64,000 bases of DNA from a bacterium (GTDB lineage Bacteria > Methylomirabilota > Methylomirabilia > CAVQYV01), in the NCBI GenBank assembly GCA_043800755.1, contig JAZDMQ010000017.1, positions 34,297-98,296 on the forward strand, in the 5' to 3' direction. Shown here in pieces: positions 1 to 9,062 of the stretch. Made by a program: the position numbers and the translations under genes. Numbering within the stretch: the first letter of the stretch is position 1; every line of letters begins with the position of its first letter. The notes beneath the pieces were generated by a model. The model saw only the letters and a program-made list of their open reading frames with translations, was not told the DNA's origin and did not search any database.

Positions 1-2130
1 GGTGGTCGCGCAGTCGGTCGCCACGGGGTCGGATCCCGCAATGATCAGGCCCATGGCAACGGGGAAGGACCCCGGTCCACCCCAGGCACCACCCTGGTCA
101 CCCTCGCCAGCCCAAAGGGCATCCACCACCACATAGTCGATCATCATGGTGCCCTTGCCGTTCTTCTTGCGGATGGCGTTGATCTCGGTAGACATCTCCG
201 CATACTTCAAATGCGGCAGGGCCAGCTTGAAGGTCCCATAGACCTTGTGGGTCGGGAGGCCGATGGTGGTGTTCTTCAGGGACAGCGAGGTCCCGGCCAC
301 GGTGTGACACTTCATTTGAGGTACATTGATCAATACATCCACTTCCTTGGCCACCGAGGTCGGGATCGCATATTCCGCATTGCAGAGCCCGATCGTCTTC
401 ACCCAGGTGTAGGGGGCCTCCCCCACGGGCTCGATCACGACCCTCATGCCCTGGGCATTGAGCTCGTCCGCGATGGCATAGTATCCCCAGTGGGCCAGGG
501 AGGCGGAGTCGGCACCGGATCGGGTTCCCTCACCGATGATGATCTTCTTCGCCCCGGCTTCCCACGCGATCTTGCAGATCTCCCGCACGATGCGGACATC
601 GGTCACATGCGCCTGCTGCTCGGGAGAGGTAAGGGACTGCCCCTCATGCATATCTACATAGGAGTTGACCAGGTTGGGCTTGATATAGACGACATCACCC
701 TTCTTCACCGGGAAGTTGCCCGCCAGCTCGATCGCCTCTCGGGTCAGCTTGCCGATATACTCCTCAGACTCCTTGCTCCATTCTACCCGGATGATGTCCA
801 TCTTGCGGCCGGGATAGCAGGCCTGCATGAAGGTCCTGGCGGTGTTGATCTTTGTGGTATTGAGCGCCAGATCCATATTGTCGGCCTTCACGATGCCCAC
901 TCTGGCCTTGGCCGGTCCGGTGAACTCCGGGGGATCATAGGCATTGTCCCAGGCCAGGACGCCGCCGGCCGAGGACGGCCATCTCCAAGCATGCATGGGC
1001 GGGTTCAACTTCTCGCGGACCTCGGAGATCTTCCGGCCCACCACCTCGATCTTGGTCAGATCGGCAGTGCCCAGGCCATACTGCTCGGCCATACGGAACT
1101 GCCCGTAGTTCGCCGGGTTGAAGCCCATGCAGGCGGTCATCACGATATCCGGCTCTAAGGCTCCGGGGCCGGCGAGGATCAGGCCCATGTTGACCGGGAA
1201 GGTATCGGGTCCCACGGCCCCCTGCTCCGCCTCACCCACGCTCAGGGCATCAATGACGGTGTAATCCACCAGGGTGGTGCCGGTGCCGCCCTTCTTTTTG
1301 ATGGTGTTGATGTCCGTGCACCACTCCGCGTATTTCAGGTGGGGCGCTGCCAGCTTGAAGGTCCCATACACCTGGGCGGGCATCAAGCCCACGGTGCAGA
1401 GCTTCAGGCTGCAGGTGACGCCCGCCACCGTGTGGCACTTGGGGTTAGGCACATTGATGATGACATCCGCCTCTTCCGCTGCGATCTGGGGGATCGCGTA
1501 CTCGGAATTGCAGAGGCCCAGGGTCTTCACCCATACCACCGGGGAGGCCGCGGGGTCATCGAAGTCCAACAACTCCACATTGATTCCCTCTGAAGCCAGA
1601 TCTTCCACCATGTGGTTATATCCGTACCCCTGCATGGCGGCTAAGGCATGTCCGGCGTTAGAGGCCTCACCGATGACGATCCGGCTGGCCCCCGCTTCAT
1701 GAGCCATCTTGCACAGCTCGCGGACGACGCGGGCGTCGGTGGTCTGACATAGCATCTTGACGGGATCCTTCGACGCCTGAGGCTGATAACCCCACATCTT
1801 CCAGAAATCGGTGAAGGAAATGACGGTGTTGATCTTCAGCAGTACCACATCGCCCTGCTTCACCGGCCAGTCGCCCGCCAGCTCCACCGCCTCTCGGGTC
1901 AGCTTGCCGATGTATTCTTCCGATTCCTTGGTCCACTCGGCGCAGATCACATCCATCTTGTGCCCGGGGACGGCCGCCTGCATGAAGGTCCGGTCGGTAT
2001 TCATCTTCCAAGTCTTCAGGCAAAGGTCAATATTGTCGGCCTTGACGATGGAGACCTTGGCCAGCGCCGTTCCGACCATCAAACTCATGGCCATTACGGC
2101 TAAAACCGATATGAACAATGCTTTTCTCAT
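1..2130 (-). CDS. Exported protein with two tandem DUF362 domains (3' end runs off window start)
   Basis: Minus-strand frame open from ATG at 2130 to position 1; it is absent from the ORF track only because it is unterminated. N-terminus MRKALFISVLAVMAMSLMVGTALA is a signal peptide. Two successive domains each align with the neighbouring DUF362 protein (EWTKESEEYIGKLTREAVELAGDWPVKQGDVV...; KLAAPHLKYAEW...; second copy EWSKESEEYIGKLTREAIELAGNFPVKKGDVVYIKPNLV). Plus-strand ORFs 211..1158 and 1339..1593 are its mutually similar antisense shadows. Confidence 0.7.
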   Translation of the reverse strand, partial: MRKALFISVLAVMAMSLMVGTALAKVSIVKADNIDLCLKTWKMNTDRTFMQAAVPGHKMDVICAEWTKESEEYIGKLTREAVELAGDWPVKQGDVVLLKINTVISFTDFWKMWGYQPQASKDPVKMLCQTTDARVVRELCKMAHEAGASRIVIGEASNAGHALAAMQGYGYNHMVEDLASEGINVELLDFDDPAASPVVWVKTLGLCNSEYAIPQIAAEEADVIINVPNPKCHTVAGVTCSLKLCTVGLMPAQVYGTFKLAAPHLKYAEWCTDINTIKKKGGTGTTLVDYTVIDALSVGEAEQGAVGPDTFPVNMGLILAGPGALEPDIVMTACMGFNPANYGQFRMAEQYGLGTADLTKIEVVGRKISEVREKLNPPMHAWRWPSSAGGVLAWDNAYDPPEFTGPAKARVGIVKADNMDLALNTTKINTARTFMQACYPGRKMDIIRVEWSKESEEYIGKLTREAIELAGNFPVKKGDVVYIKPNLVNSYVDMHEGQSLTSPEQQAHVTDVRIVREICKIAWEAGAKKIIIGEGTRSGADSASLAHWGYYAIADELNAQGMRVVIEPVGEAPYTWVKTIGLCNAEYAIPTSVAKEVDVLINVPQMKCHTVAGTSLSLKNTTIGLPTHKVYGTFKLALPHLKYAEMSTEINAIRKKNGKGTMMIDYVVVDALWAGEGDQGGAWGGPGSFPVAMGLIIAGSDPVATDCATT

Positions 2131-2391
2131 GGACACTCCTCAGATTATTTGCTTACCAGCAATTGATGGCACAGAAATACCTCAACCTTGGCAAGAAATC
2201 CTCTCCTTTCACCTCCCTTCTTTTGGATAATGACTTCATCTCCCCGCCTTTCTCACCTCCTTCCGATGCGAACCCCAGAGATAGATAGAGAGTCTACTCC
2301 AGGGATTGCAAGAAAAAGGCGATTGTGCTTCGTGAGATAGGCGAGATGTTAGCGAGAGCAAGACCGTCCGCACAGAACTCGGAAACGATCT

Positions 2392-2419
2392 TTTGCTGGC
2401 CTATTATCACCCTTTGGAT
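2392..2419 (-). promoter_or_regulatory. Sigma70-like promoter for the tandem-DUF362 gene
   Basis: On the minus strand: TTGACA, 16-nt spacer, GATAAT (TG just upstream). Lies ~250 nt upstream of the ATG at 2130, implying a long leader. Confidence 0.4.
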
Positions 2420-2508
2420 TTTTTTGTCAACAGTTTTTTGGGCGAAAGAACCAGGACGAGATCAGTACCCCGTTTCCCCTCAATTCCTCGATTCAAGCCA
2501 ATTTCTGA

Positions 2509-3678
2509 TCACTTGCCAGGGGCGCCGTACCTCTCGTCCCAGTTCTTCACCCCTCCATATTCAGAAGGCCAGCGGTTCTCCTCCGGGACGACCTTGAATT
2601 TCTTGGCCACATTCGCGATGCTCTCGCCTTCCACCGCGATCTGGGCCAGGTCGTCTACCCCCAGGCCATTCTGGGCTGCCATGGTGATGTGGCCGATATT
2701 CTTGGGATTGAAGCCCATGATGGCGGTACAGACTGAATCTACAGCCACCGGATCGGCTCCGGCGATGATCAGATCCATATTGATGGGAGTTCCATTCAAA
2801 GGACCATTGCCCTCCATCCCCCATATCCCATCCACTACCGTGTAGTTGATCTTGAAGATCGAGGCCATATCGGTGATCCACTCCGGGATCTTCTGGTGGG
2901 GGGCCCCATATTTGAAAAACCCATAAACGCGCCCGGCCATCAATCCGACGGCCACATTCTTGAGGCCCACGGTCACCCCGGTCATGGAATGGGTCTTGAG
3001 CGCGGGGACACTGATGATACAGGTCGCCTCGGTCACCACCTTGGGCACCGCATACTCCGGATTGGCAAGGCCTTTGGACTTCACCCAAACCACAGGCTCA
3101 CTGGTGAAATCCACCAATTCAACCTTGATCCCCTCCTTCTCCAGCTCTTCCACCATGGCTACATAGCCGCTCTGCATATAACCAGCCCAGCCGTCTCCCG
3201 CTGCCGGCCCTTCGCCGATGATGATCCTGCTGGCCCCGGACTCTTTCGCCATGACCGCCAAGGCCCTCACGATACGGGGATCGGTCAGACATGCCTGATA
3301 ATCCTCCTCGGTCAGCTTTCCGCTGTACCAGAGGAAGAACATGGAGGCAACCAGGTTGGGCTTGATAAGGACTACATCGCCCGCCTTGACCGGCCATCCT
3401 CCTGCAAGCTCCACGGCATCCCGCACCATCCCCTCGATGGCCTTGTCGCTTTCCTTCGGCCATTCGGCCCGCAAGTAGTCGAATTTCCGAGTCGTGTTGA
3501 CTCCCTGGGAGATGCTCCTCTCCCAGTTCATCCTCCAGCTCTCGGCAACCAGTTCATGTTTTGCGGCCTTCACAATCGCTACTACCGGCTTTTCTCCGGC
3601 CCAGGCGCTCACGAGCCCAGCCCCAAATAGGAGCAGGAGCCCGATGACCAGGCCAGGCAATAGTTTCCTGCTTTTCAT
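2509..3678 (-). CDS. Exported DUF362 family protein
   Basis: 389 aa. Signal peptide MKSRKLLPGLVIGLLLLFGAGLVSAWA. DUF362 hallmarks (KPNLV, GxxxxGDG, TCIISVPALKTH, VDGIWGMEGNGP). Paralog of the tandem protein upstream. Confidence 0.75.
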   Translation of the reverse strand: MKSRKLLPGLVIGLLLLFGAGLVSAWAGEKPVVAIVKAAKHELVAESWRMNWERSISQGVNTTRKFDYLRAEWPKESDKAIEGMVRDAVELAGGWPVKAGDVVLIKPNLVASMFFLWYSGKLTEEDYQACLTDPRIVRALAVMAKESGASRIIIGEGPAAGDGWAGYMQSGYVAMVEELEKEGIKVELVDFTSEPVVWVKSKGLANPEYAVPKVVTEATCIISVPALKTHSMTGVTVGLKNVAVGLMAGRVYGFFKYGAPHQKIPEWITDMASIFKINYTVVDGIWGMEGNGPLNGTPINMDLIIAGADPVAVDSVCTAIMGFNPKNIGHITMAAQNGLGVDDLAQIAVEGESIANVAKKFKVVPEENRWPSEYGGVKNWDERYGAPGK

Positions 3679-3733
3679 TGTTTGCCTCCCTCTGGCGAAA
3701 CAGCATTCATCTCAGCAGCCAGATCCCGATGTC

Positions 3734-4582
3734 TTAGGTTTGGGTAGGTGTCCACCCCTTGGCCTTTGCCTTATCCACATGGGATGAGAATCGAATGTAT
3801 TCGGGGCTTGACTCATAGCCATTTATCTTTTGGAAGGCCTCTCTGGCGCGGTCGAACCATTGAACGGATTCCTGACGCTTGTTGGCAATATGATTAGCCC
3901 ATCCTAAGAAATCCATGAACTCCGGGTCATTCGGCTCTTGCTCGTTTGCTGCCTGAATGAGTCGTTGGGCCTCCTCGAGCTTCACCTTTTTCTCCAGATA
4001 GACATAACCCAAATAGCCAGATACCTTGGGATCCTTGGGGTCAAGGGAATAGGCCTTATTGATTGCCTCTTCTGCCGAATCGAGGTTTTCCATACGAGTG
4101 TAAAGATCGCTCAGATACCTTAGGTAACGGGCCTCTGAGGCAACCCAAGGGGTCAGGGAAAAATCACGCACCCGATAACCGGCACTCATCTTGAGGCAAC
4201 CGATGCCGAGCGCCCTAATCTTCTCATTCCCCTCATCCCTCATCAGCTTCACGATCACCGAAACGATACTCCCTTTTTCCAGAACTTGAATGGTCTCCCA
4301 GGACTTGGTGCCCGAAAAGATGGTCGAGATCTCGGGAGACTTTAAAAACTCGTCCGCAGTTTTCCCTCGTTTCAGACCCGAGGAGGAAAGCTCAAAAGCC
4401 TTGCCCGAATCCCCCTGAACAACTGCCTGGAGGAACTGGTTCGCCACTGCCGCCGGATCCGAACCCTGTTCAGCCCGCGATGCCTGCAACCCAAAGAGGC
4501 CCATCAAAATTGCCAGGAGCAGCAATCCGGCCCCCGCCCATCTGAAGGTTCTTCTTCCCATCCTTACATTCTCCTTTCCCAA
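3734..4582 (-). CDS. TPR-repeat lipoprotein/secreted protein
   Basis: 282 aa. N-terminal hydrophobic signal (LLLLAILMGLFGLQASRA). C-terminal half has repeated TPR-like A/Y/L spacing (AINKAYSLDPKDPKVSGYLGYVYLEKKV...). Confidence 0.6.
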   Translation of the reverse strand: MGKENVRMGRRTFRWAGAGLLLLAILMGLFGLQASRAEQGSDPAAVANQFLQAVVQGDSGKAFELSSSGLKRGKTADEFLKSPEISTIFSGTKSWETIQVLEKGSIVSVIVKLMRDEGNEKIRALGIGCLKMSAGYRVRDFSLTPWVASEARYLRYLSDLYTRMENLDSAEEAINKAYSLDPKDPKVSGYLGYVYLEKKVKLEEAQRLIQAANEQEPNDPEFMDFLGWANHIANKRQESVQWFDRAREAFQKINGYESSPEYIRFSSHVDKAKAKGWTPTQT

Positions 4583-4809
4583 TCCTAACGGTTACATGTG
4601 TTATCTCCACAATCGGCAGACCCTATGTCCCCCCTCTCCAACCCTCAGGAAATGATTGAATTCCCTCCGTCTCCAATCCAAGGTTCCCTCTTAGCCGCGA
4701 GTCAACAACCGGCAACGAGGATCTCGTCGGCTCCACGCTCCTCCGGGAGACTGAATCATTACCAAAAACTGCAATCCCCCGCAAGTGCTTTTCGAGCTGC
4801 CCTCACTCC

Positions 4810-5235
4810 TCATTTCGCCTCCTTGAACAGCAGGAATTCTGAGGGGACCGCGTACAATAGCAGGGTCGCGGTCTCATCGCTCTCCCAAGTCTTTGACCAC
4901 TCTTCGATCATGGACCGCAGGCCATCAGCGAGCACACAATTAACCCTCTCCCCGGTTCGAGTACTGGTGAAGGAAACACGGATTCTGGGGGAAGAGATGA
5001 ACAAAATATTGCGATTTCCAAAGGTGCAACCGGTGGAAAGCTGAAGACCGTCGACCAGAAAACAGCAGGGGGCCTTTCTGACGCACTCCATCTGAATCAC
5101 CATCCCGGTATATCTTTCGCAGCCCAGCTTCTTGAGCGCCCTTTCTCCCATCCGCAATCCGACTGTCAGATAGGGGCCGACATGGCCACTGAATTCCTTG
5201 GCCCTCTCTAATTGACCCGCGGGGCCAAACAGCAT
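4810..5235 (-). CDS. FmdE-like domain protein
   Basis: 141 aa. FSGHVGPYLTVGLRMGERAL matches the FmdE HGHxCPxxxxGxRxG block, but with Gly in place of Cys. CCFLVDGLQLSTGCTFGNRNI matches the FmdE C..DG.Q..TGCT.GK.N block. Confidence 0.55.
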   Translation of the reverse strand: MLFGPAGQLERAKEFSGHVGPYLTVGLRMGERALKKLGCERYTGMVIQMECVRKAPCCFLVDGLQLSTGCTFGNRNILFISSPRIRVSFTSTRTGERVNCVLADGLRSMIEEWSKTWESDETATLLLYAVPSEFLLFKEAK

Positions 5236-5377
5236 CTCGGCCTCGGCCTCCGGGGATCAACTCCCAATCAGAGAGAGAACGATGGCCAAGGCCGATAACA
5301 GGATACCTTTCTCTCGATAAGCGCTCCGGCGCCACATAAGACCTTCCCCTGAAGGCTGGATGCAGTGAGATACCCAA

Positions 5378-6190
5378 TCAGTGTTGATCGCGACGGGGGC
5401 GGATAGGACGGGCTTTGAATTCTTTCACCAGTTCAACCATTCGCTCAATGACCTTTTTGAAGATCGCCTCCCCCTTCTCCTCGGTGGCTACCGTGGGGTC
5501 TCCTAAAACCCCGGTCTGAGAAAAAGTACTCCACCACTCCATCATGGCGACCGGTGAGCTGCTACCCAGATCATGCCAGATGAATTGGGAAGGGAGCATA
5601 CCGATCTCTTTCTTCGCCAAGGACATGTTTGCCCTCTCCTTCTCCAGGTGAAGGGTCAGAGAGGTCTCCAGCTCATCGGCATGCGCCATTCCTCCAGGAA
5701 AGGAGGATTCCCTTACCTCCTTGAGGAAATCTCCCACCAGGGAGGTATAAATGAAGGAGGCACAAAGGGCCTCGGTCTCCATGACGGTGCGACGGGCCAC
5801 GATGTCGAGGAAGGGGACATTGGAGCCATGACCGTCCACGATGAGAATCTTCCTAAACCCATGATAGGCGACGCTTTTGGTAATATCCAGACAATAATCA
5901 ATGAAATGCTCCGCGGCAATCCCGATGGTTCCTGGAAAGTCGATGTGATGCCAGTTGAAGCCGTATGGCACCAGAGGCATTATCAGCACTTCCTCCGGGA
6001 TGCGCTCGGCCGTCGCCCGGCAAACATTGGTTACCAGGAAATTATCCGTCTCCAGGAAGAGATGGTGCCCATGATTCTCAATGGTTCCCACGGGCAGGAG
6101 GATCACCCGTTGCTGGGCGATAGCCTCTTTCATCTCCAGCCAGGTGAGTTCCCCGTACATATACTTCTTCCCCTTCGCTTGATGGATCAT
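5378..6190 (-). CDS. Creatininase-family amidohydrolase
   Basis: GELTWLEMKE...LLPVGTIENHGHHLFLETD...VDGHGSN motifs typical of creatinine amidohydrolase / ArfB / MftE family. Start set at MIHQAKG (ATGA overlap with upstream PHP stop at 6187-6190); the ORF track extends to 6238. Confidence 0.7.
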   Translation of the reverse strand: MIHQAKGKKYMYGELTWLEMKEAIAQQRVILLPVGTIENHGHHLFLETDNFLVTNVCRATAERIPEEVLIMPLVPYGFNWHHIDFPGTIGIAAEHFIDYCLDITKSVAYHGFRKILIVDGHGSNVPFLDIVARRTVMETEALCASFIYTSLVGDFLKEVRESSFPGGMAHADELETSLTLHLEKERANMSLAKKEIGMLPSQFIWHDLGSSSPVAMMEWWSTFSQTGVLGDPTVATEEKGEAIFKKVIERMVELVKEFKARPIRPRRDQH

Positions 6191-7045
6191 CTCCGACTCT
6201 CCCTTCTCCCGTGGTTGGCGTAGAGACCCTCTACCCACTGATACCCATTATTCTCCACCCTTTCCAATTCTACATCCGGCTTGATTCTCTTCCCGCGGAA
6301 GTCAGACCCGGCCGTAATCAAGAGGCCCTTCTCCTCGGCATAGGCCTCTAGTCTCCGAGTCTCATCAGGGTTGTACTGAGACGAATAAGCCTTCACCCCC
6401 AGGAAGCCCAAGGGAAGAAGGCGGTCGAGGACCTCGGGCGCCACCCTTCCCGGGTGGGCCAGGATGGGCACCCCCCCCTAATTCGCGAACCAGCTCGATT
6501 CCTTCCCCTGTTCCGCAGGTTTTCAGGGGGACATAGGCAGACTCCCCCTCCAAGAAATAATTCCAACAAAAAGTTGAGAATGGGAGATCCCGACCTTTCC
6601 CCCCCCAATGCAAGGCTGGAGTCGGGGGGCCGGCTCGATTTTCAGAATGCGCGATCAAGCTATTCAGCACGGCAGCGGTGGTGGGGCCCTCCCCTTGCCT
6701 CCATCCAGAACCTACTCCAAGGTCAAAGGGAACCTCAATCCTCGCAGGATCTGAACCCCTTTGCAGCCAGGATCTCATCGAGCGTTTTGATCTCCATTCG
6801 ATGAGGTAGCATAAAAGATGGAGATCGAATCTTTCGAATCTGGTGCTGAGTTCCAGGGAGGGAATAAACTCCACTCCCGTTACCGAGCCCAGGATCTCCC
6901 CTTGGGCCAAGCTCGCCACGGAATCATGGTCCGCGAAGGAAATAGCCTTCAGACCCAGGGAGGCAGCCACTCCGAAGATCTCCCCCGGGGTCCATCCCCC
7001 ATCCTCACTGGCAATCGTATGAATGTGCAGATCGACTCTTCCTAA
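6187..7045 (-). CDS. PHP-domain metal-dependent phosphoesterase, reading frame broken at a C8 homopolymer
   Basis: N-terminal part VDLHIHTIASEDGGW...ISFADHDSVAS...LHLLCY and C-terminal part VPILAHPGRV...GFLGVKAY are in two frames (ORFs 6365..7195 and 6187..6471). The junction is at the C8 run 6471-6478; removing one C restores ELGGVPILAHPGRV. Start approximate. Confidence 0.6.
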
Positions 7046-7230
7046 CAAGCCCTTCCGCCCCTCGGTCTTTATAGACCAACCCTGCCCTCTCGTCAAGAGG
7101 ATTGGTGGGAGGAGGAGGAGGAGAGGTCTCCCGCAGGTTTTCTCGCAATGTGCTCGTGTTAGACCACCCTGGACAAGCCGCCCGGAAATAACCAAGCGAA
7201 GGGCCCGATCGAATTGCCCCTGTTTTTGGC

Positions 7231-7258
7231 TTGACAGCGAAGCAGGTTTCCGTATAAT
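7231..7258 (+). promoter_or_regulatory. Consensus sigma70 promoter of tRNA operon
   Basis: TTGACA (7231-7236), 16-nt spacer, TATAAT (7253-7258), ~35 nt upstream of tRNA-Val. Confidence 0.6.
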
Positions 7259-7293
7259 AGATTCACCTCGGAAACACCAGTCTTACAATTTTC

Positions 7294-7369
7294 GGGCGAA
7301 TAGCTCAGGTGGGAGAGCGCTTGCCTTACAAGCAAGAGGTCACGGGTTCAAATCCTGTTTCGCCCACCA
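7294..7369 (+). tRNA. tRNA-Val (anticodon TAC)
   Basis: Cloverleaf: acceptor GGGCGAA/TTCGCCC; D-arm GCTC-AGGTGGGA-GAGC; anticodon stem CTTGC, loop CTTACAA; T-arm ACGGG-TTCAAAT-CCTGT; discriminator A and encoded CCA. Confidence 0.85.
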
Positions 7370-7392
7370 GTGAGTATGACTTTCCGATCCGC

Positions 7393-7469
<77 letters not shown>

Positions 7470-7475
7470 ATAAAT

Positions 7476-7512
7476 CAAGGGCTTGGAGTAAAATCCAAGC
7501 CCTTTTCTTTTT
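7476..7512 (+). terminator. Rho-independent terminator after the tRNA pair
   Basis: Hairpin CAAGGGCTTGG-AGTAAAAT-CCAAGCCCTTT followed by TCTTTTT. Confidence 0.65.
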
Positions 7513-7606
7513 GTCCAGTAGATGATCAAAACATCCATTGCCAAGAAACCCCCTATCTCTTTAGAATAGGCCCCTCACTTTCTCTTCACAGAAAAGGAGC
7601 ATACCT

Positions 7607-9055
7607 ATGGATCCTGAGACCTTTCGTCGCTTTGGCCACGAGGCGGTCGATTGGGTAGCCGATTACCTCCAGGGGGTGGAGCGCTACCCGGTCCTCTCCC
7701 CGCTCTCTCCTGGAGAGGTGCGTGGGAAAATTCCCGCGAACTTTCCCCAGACCGGAGAGTCGATGGAGGCCATCCTCAAGGACTTCCGGGAGATCATCCT
7801 CCCCGGGATCACCCATTGGAATCATCCCCGCTTTTTCGCCTATTTCCCGGCTAACAACAGCGGCCCCTCGATCCTGGCCGAACTCCTCTCCGCAGGTCTG
7901 GGCGTGAACGCGATGCTCTGGCAGACTTCGCCCGCTGCCACCGAGCTGGAGGAGGCGGTCATGGACTGGATCCGCCAGATGCTGGGGCTGCCCGAAGGCT
8001 TCCGTGGGGTCATTCAGGATACCGCCTCCACCGCCACTCTCTGCGCCCTGCTCTGCGCCCGGGAGCAACTCTCCCAATTCCAGATCAACGCCGAAGGTCT
8101 CTCCTCCTGGTGCGAAAGGGGCGCGCTGCGGGTCTATGCCTCACAGGAGGCCCATTCCTCTGTAGAGAAGGGGGTGAAGATCGCGGGCTTAGGGGCCCGG
8201 AATCTGGTCCCGATCTCGGTGGATGACGCCTACGGCTTAGACCCAGAGGATTTGGAGAGGCGGGTCCGGGAAGATCGCGAGCGCGGCTTCCTTCCCTGCT
8301 GTGTCGTCGCCACGGTAGGGACCACTTCCTCGACGGCCCTGGATCCCTTGCAGCCGATCGGCGAGATCGCCCGGCGGCATGGCCTCTGGTTCCATGTGGA
8401 TGCCGCCCTGGCCGGGAGCGCGGCCATCTTGCCCGAGATGCGTTGGATCCTGGAGGGGATTGAGCAGGCCGACTCTTTGGTCTTCAACCCTCACAAGTGG
8501 CTTTTTACCAACTTCGATTGCTCTGCCTTCTTCTGCCGCCATCCCCAGACCTTGACCGCAACCTTCTCCATCCTCCCCGAATACCTCAAGACCGACCTGG
8601 ATTGCCAAGTGACCAACTTCCGCGACTGGGGGATCCAGTTGGGCCGGCGTTTTCGCGCCCTGAAACTCTGGTTTGTTCTCCGCTATTACGGGTTGGATGG
8701 CCTGCAGGAACGGCTCCGGGAGCACCTGTCCCTGGCCCAAGAGTTCAAGGGATGGATAGAGGAAAGCGCCGACTTTGAGGCCCTGGCGCCGGTTCCTCTG
8801 AACACCATTTGCTTCCGCTTTAACCCGAGGAAGGGGGCGAGTCAGGCCGCCCTCTCCCCGGAGGATCTGGAAGGGCTCAACAAGGCCATCCTGGATGAGG
8901 TCAACCGCTCGGGGAGGATCTTCATCACCCATACCCGGCTGAAGGGCACCTTTTGCCTTCGCCTCTGTATCGGCCAGACCCAGACGCGACGGGAGCATGT
9001 GTTGCAGGCATGGGAGGCGCTGCGGGGAAGTCGGGTGGTTCAGGAATGGCGTTAG
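7607..9055 (+). CDS. PLP-dependent group II decarboxylase (aromatic-L-amino-acid / diaminobutyrate decarboxylase family)
   Basis: 482 aa. THWNHPRFFAYFPANNS and NPHKWLFTNFDCSAFF are signature blocks of the DDC/GAD group II decarboxylases. RBS AAAGGAG upstream. Confidence 0.8.
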   Translation: MDPETFRRFGHEAVDWVADYLQGVERYPVLSPLSPGEVRGKIPANFPQTGESMEAILKDFREIILPGITHWNHPRFFAYFPANNSGPSILAELLSAGLGVNAMLWQTSPAATELEEAVMDWIRQMLGLPEGFRGVIQDTASTATLCALLCAREQLSQFQINAEGLSSWCERGALRVYASQEAHSSVEKGVKIAGLGARNLVPISVDDAYGLDPEDLERRVREDRERGFLPCCVVATVGTTSSTALDPLQPIGEIARRHGLWFHVDAALAGSAAILPEMRWILEGIEQADSLVFNPHKWLFTNFDCSAFFCRHPQTLTATFSILPEYLKTDLDCQVTNFRDWGIQLGRRFRALKLWFVLRYYGLDGLQERLREHLSLAQEFKGWIEESADFEALAPVPLNTICFRFNPRKGASQAALSPEDLEGLNKAILDEVNRSGRIFITHTRLKGTFCLRLCIGQTQTRREHVLQAWEALRGSRVVQEWR

Positions 9056-9062
9056 TTGCCCC

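Noticed and set aside
211-1593. Plus-strand ORFs 211..1158 and 1339..1593 with mutually similar sequences
   Set aside because: They are antisense shadows of the two repeated DUF362 domains encoded on the minus strand. There is no independent coding signal, and the real minus-strand gene is unterminated within the window.
7586-8077. Many 60-350-aa ORFs antisense or out-of-frame to annotated genes (e.g. 7586..8077-, 11023..11835-, 15793..16827+, 26293..27240+, 29327..29920+, 34481..35806+, 60138..61013+)
   Set aside because: High GC content produces long spurious open frames. All overlap strongly supported genes on the other strand and have Arg/Gly/Pro-rich low-complexity translations.
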